The notes beneath the pieces were generated by a model. It saw only the letters and a list, made by a program, of their open reading frames with translations. It ran no database searches and was not told the origin of the DNA. A stretch of DNA of 64,000 nucleotides from contig OZ237754.1 of assembly GCA_965178125.1 (NCBI GenBank), positions 744,001 through 808,000 on the forward strand, read 5' to 3'. Origin of the DNA: Bilabrum cf. latius. Lineage: Eukaryota. Below, piece after piece: positions 26,349 through 38,400 of the stretch (positions within the stretch are counted from its first letter, which is position 1; each line of letters starts with the position of its first letter). Made by a program: the position numbers and the translations under genes.

Positions 26349-26560
26349 CCCTTGCAGACGCGGCGAAGGCCACTGTGCTCGAGGTGATGCATCTCGCCGC
26401 CCCTTGGAACCGGAACCTCGGCTACTGTTTGTCTTACTAGACGCTTGGGAGCGCCTGGAGCTCATGCAGAACGACTGTGCAGCCGGCATCTTCATGCAGT
26501 TATTTGTTGCTCCGGATAGATAGTAGTAGGCGCAGCATTTCCACTCATACTGAGAGAAAT

Positions 26561-29434
26561 ATGGCATCCTCTGGTGCTGGAATGGACGACAAGATATCTG
26601 AATAGTCCAGTCAGACGAGCCTTCTCCCTCGATCGCATTCAGAGTTTCGCAGCGAGGCATATTGGTCTCGATTCTTCGAGCAACGAGGATCCAAGGCATT
26701 CGAGTGGTACAGTCGATACGAAGAGCTGGCACCATTGTTGAGCGGAGAATTATCGTCGAAGGATGAAGTTCTTCATGTCGGATGCGGGAATTCTGATTTG
26801 GGCCCCAGGCTGTACGACGGCGGAATCAAGAACATTACCAACGCGGATATTGTACCTCAAGTGATCAGCGACATGGCAAAGCTGCACGCACCTCGCACAG
26901 GCATGAAATGGGTAGAAATGGACATGACAAGCATGGGCGTGGAGGCAGAATCCTTTGACGTGGTTCTGGACAAGGGCGCGCTGGACGCCATCGCGAGCGA
27001 GGACACGATGGAAGCCGCGGGCCCCGTTGGACAGTACCTGTCAGAGGTAGGGAGAGTGCTCAAACTGGGCGGCAGGTTTCTCTGCGTGTCTTTGCTGCAG
27101 GACCACGTCATGCGCTGGGCCATTTCCAGTGTTTCGGGCGCCTGGGATATCCGGGTCCGGCCCATCCCGGTGCCCGACCCCAGGGTGGGGTCCCCCCTCA
27201 AGGCATTCCTCCTCGTGTTCACCAAGCTGTCCAAGACGGAGGAGGGGGCGGCAGTGGACGCGCTGGCCCCGTCCCGAACCGCAGCCGATGCGAGCGACGG
27301 CAAGCCGGAACCGCCCGCCATTCGCGTCGCTCGGCTGCGGTTCGACGGGCACGCAAGCACTGCCGAGGGTGATGCGGGGAGGGAGGGCAGAGGGTCGGAA
27401 GGGGAAGAGGAGGTGGTGCGATCATGGGAGGAGCTGGTGGGGGCGGTCAGGGAACAACAGAGGGTGCACTCGATGCTGCACGGCCTCAAGGAACAGGGAA
27501 AGGGGGAGCGTGCGGAACTCGACCTTCACGATGATCGGATCAGGGATCGGATCAGGCGAGCGGAGGAGCGGGGCAACGAGAGGGCGGCGGCCCGGCTCCG
27601 GCTGGCCCTGGGGAGCCCCCGATTCCGCCTCCTCGTGCTTGACGTGGACCCGCTGAGGCCGGGGATGGGTGCCCTGATCGTGCCCAAGGGGCGGGAGCAC
27701 GAGCCCGAGTTCGGGAGCGAGGAGGGGCGGGCGAGCCTGGCGAGCAGCACCCCATTCGGGCGCTTCGTGTTCGTGTACCTCGGCGCCAACCACAGGTTCG
27801 CGGGGATGGAAGAGGCCAAGACGGAGCTGGCGGGAGCCGTGAGTCGGTTGGCGCCCGCGCCTGCAGGGGGTGTCTCGCCCAAGATCACTTTCTTGGCGGT
27901 GAGCGGGGACGACCTGGGTCGGTGTGAGCTGGTGGGCTCCGCCACGTCTGCGCGCTCCAGCAGGATCCTGGTCGAGGACGTGGAGGACCCGGAGTCGAAA
28001 TCCAGCGGGGGCAAGGGTGGAGGGGGCGGATCAGGGAGCAAGTCGAAGAAGTCGACCACGGCCAGCGGCAAAGTAGGGGAGGAGGAGGAGGACGAGGAGG
28101 AGGAGCCCCAGATCGGCTGGCCCAGGCTGCGACGGATGGTCTTTGAGGGGCAGCGGTCCAGCGTGCAATCGATGGTGAGAGTGCTCAGAGATCCTGTTCT
28201 CCAGGGAACAACGGGGGCTGGCGGCAGGGGGAGGAGACGGCGGGGGAAGCGAAGGGGCGGCGGCGGAAGCGGCGGCTCTGCTGACGGTGCCTCGTCCTCT
28301 TCCACATCCGGTACATCTGCTGCACCTGCACCTGCCTCCGCACCTGCATCTTCCTCCTCCTCCTGGCCCTCGTCTCTCGGTGCTCCCACCAGGGCACCCC
28401 CGACGGTGGACCGGTCTTTCCTGTCCCTGCGGCTGCACCAGGCCATGGCGGCGGTTGCAGGAGCTGTCCTTGTGCCCGTCCTGGAGGCAGCCGGCAAGGC
28501 GAGGTCGAAACGGGGCAAGGTCGCGGGGGCGGGGGCAGGGACGGGGCGGTCGGCAGACGTTCTCATGCTCGGGCTAGGGGCAGGGTCGCTGGCCACGTGG
28601 CTGACGTCACGGCTGCAGGACGCGCGGGTCACCTGCGTGGACCTGGATCCTGCCGTGGCCTCTGCGGCCCGCGATTTCTTCGGGTTCCAGACCGGGCCTC
28701 GGTGTTCCCTGGTCATCGAGGACGCTCTGGAGGTCGCGAGGCGAGCGGCGGGCAGCGACGACCCGGAGTCGAAATCCGACGTCATCGTGGTGGACGTGGA
28801 CGCGGGCGACTCGGCCGCCGACCTGTCCTTCCCCCCTCCCGCCTTCGTGACGCAGGAGAGCCTCGAGACGTTCGCGAAGGCGCTTCGGCCGGGCGGGGCG
28901 CTGCTGATCAACCTCGCGTGCAGAGAAGACGCCACCAGGAAGCAAGTGCTCGAGCGAACCCGGCGAACGTTCGCTAGCGCGTGCGTAGTGCCCGTCGCGG
29001 ACGACGTGGAGAACGTGGTGGTGCTGGCGCAGAGACCCAGGGCCACTGCAGCAGCGGCTGCTGCTGGCAGCAGCGACGCATCCACCGGCGGCGTCGCGGA
29101 TCTGAAGCCGGACGGGGACGGGGGCGGCTGGACCGCGATCCCGCTCACGAGCGCGGGCAGGCGGCAGCTGGCACAGAGGCTGGGCAAACTAGCGGTGAGT
29201 GGTGGAATGGGGTCGGTGGACGCGGCTGCCTGGATGGCCAAAGTAGAGGTGGATCCAAGACTGGTGAAAGTGGCGGAGGAGCTCGAGGTGGCGGCCAAAG
29301 AGGCAGAGGAGGAGAAGGCGGCGGGGCAGCTAGCCGCTCAGTTGGCGGCCCTGGGTGCCATGGGCGGCAGTGGCAGCGGGGGCGCACGGGGTGGGGCTGG
29401 GGCCGGCGGGAAGAAGAAGAAGAGGAGAAAATGA
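26561..29434 (+). CDS. METTL13: eEF1A lysine and N-terminal methyltransferase (dual methyltransferase), ~957 aa
   Basis: The conserved N-terminus LLPRSHSEFRSEAYWSRFFEQRGSKAFEWY lies upstream of the ORF-track TTG start and is reached from ATG 26561 only through TAG 26603. Also VLHVGCGNS, FDVVLDKGALDA, IVPKGREHEPEFGSEEG, RLRRMVF, second MTase LMLGLGAGSL, DVIVVDVD, PPPAFV; TGA stop. Confidence 0.93.
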
Positions 29435-29637
29435 ATCGGTTGGCGCCGCTGGACACATCAGCAATCTATTCTTCTCAGGCAGTGCACGAGTGGCGCAGCC
29501 CTACCACACATTGACCTGGGCGCATGGACTATCGCACATGCTCCTAGTCCCTGGTCTTGTGGCCGCAGGGCTGGGCGCCTCCTTGTGTCACAAACAGGGA
29601 AACCCGAAATCAACACATCGATGGGGGCCCCTTCGGA

Positions 29638-30282
29638 TCAGATGACCATCTTTTTGATCTCATGCTCCGTGTCGGCGCAGCAGCCCCCTAAGTGCTCGAG
29701 TGTGTTCTTGTCTCCTACCACGTGAGGCTCTTGCTCGAAGCGAGCAGCCTCGGCTGGTGTGAGCGTGAACACGAGGATTGGATGGTGGATCACTGTAACC
29801 GTCTACTTCTCGCCGCTTCCTTTGACCTCTACTGTGAGAATGATTTGGGTGTACGCCTTGACATCTTTCGGCACCTGCTCGCGCACGCGCTCCAGCCAGT
29901 CGCGTGCAGCGTCATTAAATGAGTACCTCAGTCCTTCGCAGCATGGGCAGCAGATGCTTTTGCAGCAAACAGCGGTGCATCCGAGCCAGAAGCAGCCGAA
30001 AAAAGGCAGCATGAGGCAACCAATAACGTAGAAGAACTCGTTCCACTGCGCTTTCTTGTAAGGATTAAAGTTGTCATCCCAGTCTTGTACCCAGCTCTTC
30101 CACGTACTCTCAGTCACACCGTGCTCCGCTAGCTTGGGAGGCACAGTACTCTTCAGCTGATGGTATATCCCCGTGGTGTGATATCCACAAAATCCACATG
30201 GGCACACTTGGCACCCACAGCTCTGCGACAAACAACCAGGCACTGCCAGTTGGCAACTTGTCGTTACGGCGGGTTTCATCAC
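29638..30282 (-). CDS. Small cysteine-rich membrane-associated protein (possibly Golgin-A7/ERF4/CHIC-like); 5' exon structure unresolved
   Basis: VPPKLAEHGVTESTWKSWVQDW, then a hydrophobic Cys-rich segment (FFYVIGCLMLPFFGCFWLGCTAVCCKSICCPCC). Reading through TAG 29803 adds TVTVIHHPILVFTL...KKMVI up to TGA 29638. Candidate splice acceptors (TGTCGCAG) near 30222 and 30300. Confidence 0.55.
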
Positions 30283-30695
30283 TCATTCGCAACTGGCACT
30301 GCGACACAAGGCGCTGGCTTCCGTGCCTGTCTCACATCCAAACCTTTCGGGTCCATTGGAATCTCATACGTTCGTTGGGGTTAGGTCGAATTTCCGGGCG
30401 TCGCGGATAGCTTGCCGGCAGCATCCCGTACTAGTACGAGTACTTTGCGGAGTCGCCTGGCTGCATAGCTGCCATAGTGCTATATGTGCACCGTTTCCTA
30501 TAGCAGATTTTGGATGCCCTTATCACCGTGGCGTTATACAAGGGCCAACTCTTGTCTTGTTTGGTCGCTTGAAGTTGGAGCTTGCGCCTCTCATTGGTCG
30601 CAACAACAGCTTTGGACAAGGTACTGTGTCTTGGTTGCTCATGTTCTGTCCGACAAAGCCAAAGCAAACACAAACATTTATCCTGTCATTGCATT

Positions 30696-32184
30696 TCATT
30701 CATCACTGGCCCCGGCACCGCTCGCCGGTCCTGCCGCTAGACGAGCGCTTCCCGCACGCTATGCTCCTTTGCCTGGTGTGCCCGCTGAGGTCGAGGATGA
30801 CACGGCGGCATCCTCGGCCCCGTCCTCAAGGGCCTCCAGAGCCTCCAATGCCCTGCGCAGCTCCACGTGCAGCGCCCGGAACTTCTCCGGCGCCATCGTC
30901 AGTGACAGCACCCTGCCGTCCCCGCCCAGCCTCCCGCCCTCAAACTCGACCGCGGGAGCTCCCGCACCCGCAGCCGCTGTCGCCCCCGCCTCCCGGAGGC
31001 AGCCTCCATCTGCGCCCGAGTCCGAGCCCGACAGCACCCCAGCGGCCAGTGCCCGCAAACCGGAACTAGCCACGCTAGCGGCCTCCCTGGCCTCTGCCTC
31101 CAGGGCGGCGGGCGTGGCGGCCGTAGAAGCCGAGGCCCTCGATTTCGCCGCCAGGACCGCCCTGTCTGCGGGGGGCGGGGGCGGGATGTCGGCGACCCCG
31201 TGGGTGGTTGCAACCCGCAGGTGCACCAGCGGAACCGGCGCCGCGGCGCCCGGGATGCTCTGGTGCGCGGGCGATCCCTGCTTGGGTGTGCAGCTGGAAG
31301 CGAGCACGGCGTCGACGCGCCAGTCGACCCCACGCACCCGGGGCAGCTGCGGTGCGTCGTGGGGGAGGACGGGTGTGCTTGGAGGAAGTGCATGCGCTGA
31401 AACGAGCGGTCGTGATTCATACGTGGCAGCTAGACGCGCTCCAATACAGACAGGTAGCAGCAGGACGGGGCACCGGCGCGACGGGGCAGGCCCAACCACT
31501 AGCTAGCAGGCACATGGGCAGCTGACGAGCTTGTCTTTTTTTGATCGCCAGCGCGTCACAAGACATGAAAGGAGCAGCATGATCATATAATTATTTCATC
31601 CTACTTACGGATAGCGAAGTGGCCCTGAGCCTGCGCACCAGCAGGTCGCGATTGTTTCGATACGGCCTGGAGACACCGTCGCCGTTCTCCTTCGGCAAGC
31701 CCAGCTGCTGCAGTTCCTGGCTCAGGGTAGAAAACTCAACGTTATGCTTGGCTGCTCCCTCCAGGATGTAGCGGACGGCGGCGACAGCCGCCTTGATGTC
31801 CTTCAACGAGAAGCCACGGTCGCGAGGCAGCAAGCGCTGGATTTTTGGGAAGTCGATCTGTCCCCCGAGGAGCTAGCTGATGACTTGCTTGCATATCAAC
31901 TTCATTCGGACACAAGACTGCAGGAGTAACACGAAAAATCTCGATGCAAAGGGTCTAGATTGATACTCTTCGGGCGATAGGATCCTAAGCATCCGAACCA
32001 AATACTCACAATCTTTGATAGCGTGGCTACTTCGCCAGCAACCCACTCTGGCACATCATTGTTCCCACAAAACTTGAATTTCTGCGATTGGAGGTGTCGT
32101 GGAAGCGGACAATAGCTATTGTGTGAGCGAATTATGCCGACGAGGGTTGTAGATGCTCTCGCCCGATTGCGCCCAACTCACCAT
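30696..32184 (-). CDS. COMMD4: COMM domain-containing protein 4, 4 exons, ~344 aa
   Basis: Exons 32182-32184 (ATG only), 32010-32081 (KFKFCGNNDVPEWVAGEVATLSKI), 31609-31917 (SCVRMKLICKQVIS*LLGGQIDF...LSQELQQLGLPKE) and 30696-31346 (LPRVRGVDWRVD...KFRALHVELRRA). GT-AG introns 32082-32181, 31918-32009, 31347-31608. In-frame TAGs at 31873 and 30759; TGA at 30696. Confidence 0.92.
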
Positions 32185-32418
32185 CACTGCAGTTGCAAAC
32201 GGAAACCAGCAAACCAAATAACCTGGGACCCAGAACGACTACCAGCACGGTGCAAGACAGTGTGGAGCGGTGAAAAGATTAGTGCGACTGCAGCTTTCAG
32301 CAGCGAACTCAGGAGACGGCCACGAAGGAACGTTCGAAATCTTGCAAGTTGAAAAAAGGAAAACACAGGCTGTGTTGACCTACAAGACTCTATTTCAACG
32401 CATTTGAATTGCATTCTA

Positions 32419-35400
32419 ATGGCAAATAGTGCTCTTGCCAGCGAACGGGACAGTGAAGAAGATGATTTAGCCCCGTTGGACCCTTCGCTCGGACTCTTTG
32501 CGACTGAATCCTCCGCAGCTGTTGATGATATCTTTGGGGACTTCAACGAAGAGGGTGGGCTCTTCGGGTCATATGCTGAAGCCTTAGTGGATTCTACCGG
32601 AAGACTGGATGCGCAAGACGAAGTAGCGGCTGAACTTGAGCCGGTTGATGACACATAGGCAGACTTGAAACCTGGTCGCCAAGCCGACTTGTAGCCAGCT
32701 CGCGACGAGCAAATCAGTCGCTGGACCAAAGACACCGGAAGCACAATTGACATTGGTGTCCGCTCCGTCGCCACGATTCGATCGAGCATAAGCCTGGACT
32801 GGGTGCTGCACCCGGACGCCGCTGCCGACGTCGACGGCCAGTTGGGCCCATCCGTGCCTCCAAGCCTGCCCCACGGCCTGCCCCACGGTCGCGTCCCCCA
32901 CTCGCAGCCCCCAGATAGCAGCATGCCGGCGCACCCGGCGGCTCGCCTTGCATCTGCCCTGCGGTACTACGCGTTCCCTGCAGACCCCCTGCCGCCCGGC
33001 CTCTCGGTCAGGAGGGTCGTCAGGCAGCGGGCTGCAGCTGCGGCCGCACTGGGCAGGGGGTCTGGATCTGCCTCTCGAGCGGGAGGGGAGGGCGCGGGCG
33101 CCTTCGGGTCCATATCTTCATCTTCATAGTCTGCTGCCTCCTCCTCTGCGGCAGCCGCTGCATCCAGCACCGGCAGCAGCAGCAGGGGCATCTTCGGGCT
33201 AAGCCTGGAGGGGATGGGGGGTGGTGGTGCAGGTGGAAGCTCTGGCGGTGCAGCGGGCAGCAGCAGCAGCACTAGCGCCGGCAGCGGCAGCAGCAGCAGG
33301 AAGGGGGTTGGGGCTGAACAACAGTCTCGCGGATCCGGATCCGGAATCGGTTTCGAGCTGCCACGAGTGGCCAGCGTACCCTCGGTTAGGCTACGGCTGG
33401 CGCGCTGGGGCAGGGCACTGCGGTGGCTGGCGAGGGCGACGGTGCTGGGCAAGGTGGAGGGCTTTTTGGTGGACCTGGGAGGGGGCACGCAGGCGTGGTT
33501 CGGTCAGGCCGCTGGGTAGGGCGGTGGTTAGGCTGAGGGTGGCAGACGGCAAGAGGCAGGTGGGAAAGGTGAAGAGGACCAGAGGGGGCGGATAGGGGCG
33601 CCCTCCCAGCGTAAGAAGCGCAGGCGAGTCACCTTCGAATCGGAGGGGGCTCTTGGGTGGACCGGCGGGCAGTCTGATTTCGATTCCGAATCGAGTTACG
33701 GCTCCGGGTCGAGGGAGAGGGAGCCGATCGTGCTGCTTCGCAAGACTTCGCCCGCTGCTCGCGGCTTTTTGAGGCGTGAGGGTGTGCCGTTCGTGCGCCC
33801 AGGTCTGCTGGCAGGGGGCGGGGGGGAGGGGCGGGATGGCGGGGCGGCGGATCTTGGCGATGGCGGTGTCGATGGTACTAGCATGGGCGGAGAAGGGGGC
33901 AGGGGCGGCGCTAAGAATGGGGGATTGGGCGATATTGGTATCGAAGGCCGTGGCAGTGGTGTGGCAAGCAAAGGCAAAGGGTCCGATACCGCCGTTGCCT
34001 TCGACGGGCCTGGGAACCTTGCCAGCAACAAGTCGGGCAGTCGAGGCGCGCACATCGATCTCCGAGGGAACACAGGGCCAGGGAACAGCGGCGCGAAGCA
34101 TCAGCAGCAGCAGCAGCAGGAGCACCGTCCCGGAGCTGCTCCTCGGTCTGCTCCCCAGTCCGACGAGGAGGACTCCGACACGATCCTGGAGGACCTCGCG
34201 ATGGTAAGATCCATGGGGATGGGCCCCGCTGGCATCAACGCCAGGCGGCAGAGGAGGGTGCTGCTCTCGAGGCAGGCGGGCAGGGAGGCGTCGGCGGCAC
34301 TCGTCATCGCGGGCGAGGTGGGAGTGACTGCCCTGGCCGATGCCATCATTCGGGACGTCGAGAGCTCCAGGCCGCTCCTCTCCCAGACTCGTCACGATGT
34401 GCCCAGGCTCCTGAGTCGGACGGCCTTCCCTGAGGCGGCCGCCCTCCGCGTGTCCGTGAGGCTGCTGGCCCCCCGCCGCACCCGCCAGGCCCTCGAGGAG
34501 GACAGGGCGGCGGCGGTGGCGATGGGCGTCCGGGGCAGGTCTTCCTCCTCCAGCACCACCACCCGCCAAACGGGCGAGACCTTGCACTCATCACACCAGC
34601 AGCCCCGCCGCAAGCGCCCCGTTGGGATGCCCAAGGTCCCCGCGGTGTCGCTCCCGAGGTCCGCGCTCGAGTCGCTGGAGATCGACGCACTGTTCCCTGG
34701 GAGCGGGGCCGGTGCTTCCACGGGTGGATGGGAGCACGGCGTGCAGCTGCGGGGGCCAGTGCTGCCCGGTGCCATGGAAGAGATCGTGGGCGCCCTGTCC
34801 GCGGGTCAGGCGTGGGGCCTCATGGGCTTCGTGGGCAGGGCGAGGGAGGTGCTGGGGAGCAAGGGTGCAGCGCACGGTGGTTCTGGCAAGCATGGATCTG
34901 GATCGGGCCATTCCGGCTCCGAGTCGGAGCTGGAGCTGCTCCGGTGGGAGTCGCCGGTGCGGCCGCTGCTGCCCCCCGACGCCCTTCGGTCCTCCCAGCA
35001 GATGCTGAGCCAGGGCCGCGTGCTGTGCGTGCACGCCGGCGCCGCGCAATGGATCGGTTCCGCAGTGCTCCACGCGGAGCAGCAGGTGCTCCTGCACGAG
35101 CTGCGCGGCGCCGCGGACCGGTATGCGACCTCTCAGGGGCTCAGGCAGCTCGAGGCGAGGGCGAGGGAGGAGGAGGCCGAGGCTGCGCGGCGCCGCGGGT
35201 CCGGTTCCGCAGTGGGGCGGGCCTCGTCGGCGCTGCGGCGAAGCGCCTCGGTGCAGGCCACCGGGGTTGGTCAGGGAACTGGGGCGGTGGGCAGGGGCAA
35301 GAGCAACGGCAAGGACACGAAAGCCAAATCCAAGGGCAGGGGCAAAGGCGGGGTCAGGGGCAGGGGAAGGGGGGAAGACCAGGTGGCCGGGAGCTTGCCT

Positions 35401-36087
35401 GCGAGCCAGGAGTCCGAGGGAAGGATCGAAGATGAAGATTAGGGAGGCGGGGCACAGCCGCTGCCGCTGGACGCAGCCGAGGTGCGAGCCGGCCGCAAGC
35501 GCACTCGGCGCGCCATGCGACTGGCAGCCTCAGTCGCCGACCGCATGGCAACAGAGTGCGTTGAGTCGTACCTCACGGGTCGATCGGAGCCGTTGGGGAA
35601 CAAGGGGGAGGCGGGTCGGGCAGACATCTCCGACGGTTGGCGGGAGAAGCGGGACGTGCTTCGAGGGCTCCTGGCGGGCCTGCTGCGGGGGAGGGCGGGT
35701 GCTATCGAGGCGGTGTGCCGTGGTGCTGGGGTTCTCGGGCTGGAGGAACAAGAGGTGTTGCGGGACTGCGGGCTGGAGGGGGCAAGTGACGGTGGCAGTG
35801 ATGGTGTGACGAGTGATGCGGTGCGACAGTGGATGGCAGGGCGCATCCTGGGGGCCCCTCATGCCGTCCGCTGCGTGGCCAGGCCCAAGGACATCTTGTC
35901 TGGGTCGATGGGGCTTCAGGGAAAGGGGGCCGTGTCCGGGTGGTCGGACAAGTCGCGCGGCACGGTTGAGGGGACGGCTGAGGGGGGCAGTGCACCCGAG
36001 AGGCTCATGCTGCTGCAGCATGCCGCTGCGGTGTGCGCTGCGGGGCTAGAGGTGCAGGACGATGTCGCGCGCGAGATTTTGTCGTGA
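32419..36087 (+). CDS. DONSON: DONSON-like replisome factor, ~1222 aa with low-complexity inserts
   Basis: Recalled DONSON-like blocks in the expected order: LRYYAFPADP, RWGRALRWL...GFLV, IVLLRKTSPAARGFLRREGVPF, SAALVIAG, DVPRLLSRTAFPEAA, VQLRGPVLP. One frame from ATG 32419 across 6 TAGs (32656, 32692, 33127, 33517, ~33529, 35440) to TGA 36085. Confidence 0.7.
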
Positions 36088-36236
36088 TTGAGGTGCTGTC
36101 ACGATATGTGTATGCCAGTGGTACGCATGAGTGTTTAGGGCCCCTGTGTGCCTTCTAGCATTTATAGCGTGCCAAATGGATTCGGCGGAATTTTGGATCA
36201 TATTGATCGTAGATCTACTCCAACAAGGAAGGCAGT

Positions 36237-38309
36237 ATGTGGTCACAGATGGCTGCTGTCATGCTCACTGCGAGTATGTATGGGTACTCGTTGGCAAGCC
36301 CAGCTGGGCCTACTTTTAAGGCAACAGTGTCACAGGTGGGGAAATTTTCCGAGCCTCTGTCTCGCGCGGTACTGCAACTGTCTTGCTTATCGCGCGTGCT
36401 TGCTTATCGCGCGTTCAGTGAATTATGAGGCGCAACTGCGGAGTCATACCCTGTAAACAATCCGCATAAGCTCATATTTGGGGAACTTGCTGCGATGTTT
36501 TGCGCAGAATGGCGTATTTCCCAACATTGCATTCACCGCCGAATCAGGACCGAAGCGATCAGAGGCCGGGATCGGGGCCATGATGGCTTGGGCCGACAAG
36601 CTGTACGTCATATCATATCTGTCAGTGCCTTCTGGTGAGTTAAATTTGATGGCAGACGAAGCTGCGTGATTTCACAGTTGGCGCGTCATTCTATGTAGAT
36701 CAACCAAGTCTCTATGCACTCTTTTTGCAGCCGGCAACGGTACGTACCTTGCTAGCATTGACAAAGGCATGGACATGACCATAGAAAGGTACCACTCCGT
36801 AAGTTGTGGGCTCCTGTTCCTGAGTTTGCCCGTTTCATGCGCAGTTGCAGTTTGAGCGCATCTCGGCTCGGCATTGCATTATATCAAAGCGTACACCGCA
36901 GTCCTGCTACGCAAACCGAATGATCCACCCGGGAACGAACCAGATGGTCATCGGCCCGTTCGTCGTGTCGGACACCGGCGCCATCCGCACCATCGAGCCT
37001 CTTTTTAACAAGGTCCGCCTGGGAGCCATGGCCCTCGACATCAAGGACCCGGACGAGAGCGTCCTCATGGTTTCCATGGACGGCCCCTTGTTCCGCGTCA
37101 ACATGCAAACCCTGGAGACCGTGCAGCTGTTCGACCTCGCGACCACTCTGGGCATGAAGGAGCAGCCCCACTTCAAGGCGGCCTGGACCGTCAACGGGGT
37201 CTTCTACGTCGGGGCGAACACGTGGGACGAGGCGGATTTCGTCGAGCAGGTGAGGTTCTTCCATTTTATGTGCGAGCAGATCGTAACGTATCATCAGCAG
37301 CCGCAGCCACTGCCATGACAGCGATGCTTTGGCACCTCCACAACCCCCTCCCTACTCACAACCAACCCACACTTTCAACTTGCTCCCGCTACCAGTGTCG
37401 CAAGTCTTCATCTATCCATCGCAGCCCAACATGCACCACGGGGGGCGATTCGCCTCGTGGGACGGCGGCTCGGGCAACGACAGCTGGACCATCATCAGCA
37501 CCGACAGCACCGTCGAGATCGCGTCGAGGTTCAACTTCGGCAAGGTCCTGTTCGTCCTGCAGCTGGACGACGCGTCCGTGATCCTGCGTGTGAAGGACCT
37601 AGGTGACGGAGCCGACGTCTCCTACGACAAGGACTGGCAGATCTACAGGCTGCCCCGAGCCACCTCGACTCAGAACCACCTGTGGTCATGCGAGTGGCCC
37701 AGGATCAGGGAGGTCATCACGGAGAGATACCTCATGAACGGATACGGTCTCATCTACGAGCTATCCGCGCTGGGGTATGACGGGGCCGTGTGGGGCGTCA
37801 AGCCGATCTCTCAGACGCTGCGCATCATCCCAGACTGGACCCAGTTCGCTGGCTTCCTGGTCCTCGGCTCCAACCAGAACAGCCCCATCTTCGACAACAA
37901 CCTGGTGACGGGCCAGGCCCAGAGTGGGCTCCTGTTCACGTACGAAGACGCGCTGTGGGACTTCGGGAAGCCCCAGGGCTGGGGCGGGCCGTGGAGGTAT
38001 GACGTGGTGAGCGCGGGGGAGGCCTCTGACCCGTACCTCATGACCGGCTTCGACAAGAAGATGGCGCACTTCCGGTGCGACGCACTGAGGGGCTCCGAGG
38101 CTGCGGCCGGCGGGTCCAATTTCACCATCCAGGTGGATTTCCTGGGCCAGTCTGGCCACCTCGAGACGCCCTGGAACGACTACCTCACGCTGCCCGTGCC
38201 TGCTGGAGGGTACGCCTACCACACGTTCCCCGCCGGATTCAGCGCGCACTGGGTGCGTGTCGTGAGCAGTGCTCCGTGCAATGCCACGGCGTGGTTCACG
38301 TACACCTGA
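36237..38309 (+). CDS. Putative secreted protein resembling a conserved bacterial hypothetical family, 5 exons, ~508 aa
   Basis: Exons ~36237-36335, 36508-36634, 36731-36798, 36902-37249 and 37425-38309 joined by GT-AG introns. Signal-peptide-like start; NGVFPNIAFTAESGPKRSEAGIGAMMAWADKLYVISY, YANRMIH, QPHFK, EWPRIREV, LWDFGKPQGWGGPW, SDPYLMTGFDKK, FPAGFSAHWVR; TGA stop; no TAG. First exon less certain. Confidence 0.8.
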
Positions 38310-38400
38310 TCGAGTGGATTGGCTGGCGAAAGTTCGTCTAGGTTCGAATGTCGTTGCTTAGGATATATTCGTCAGGTTTAGAGTCGTGGTGGCAATAAAG

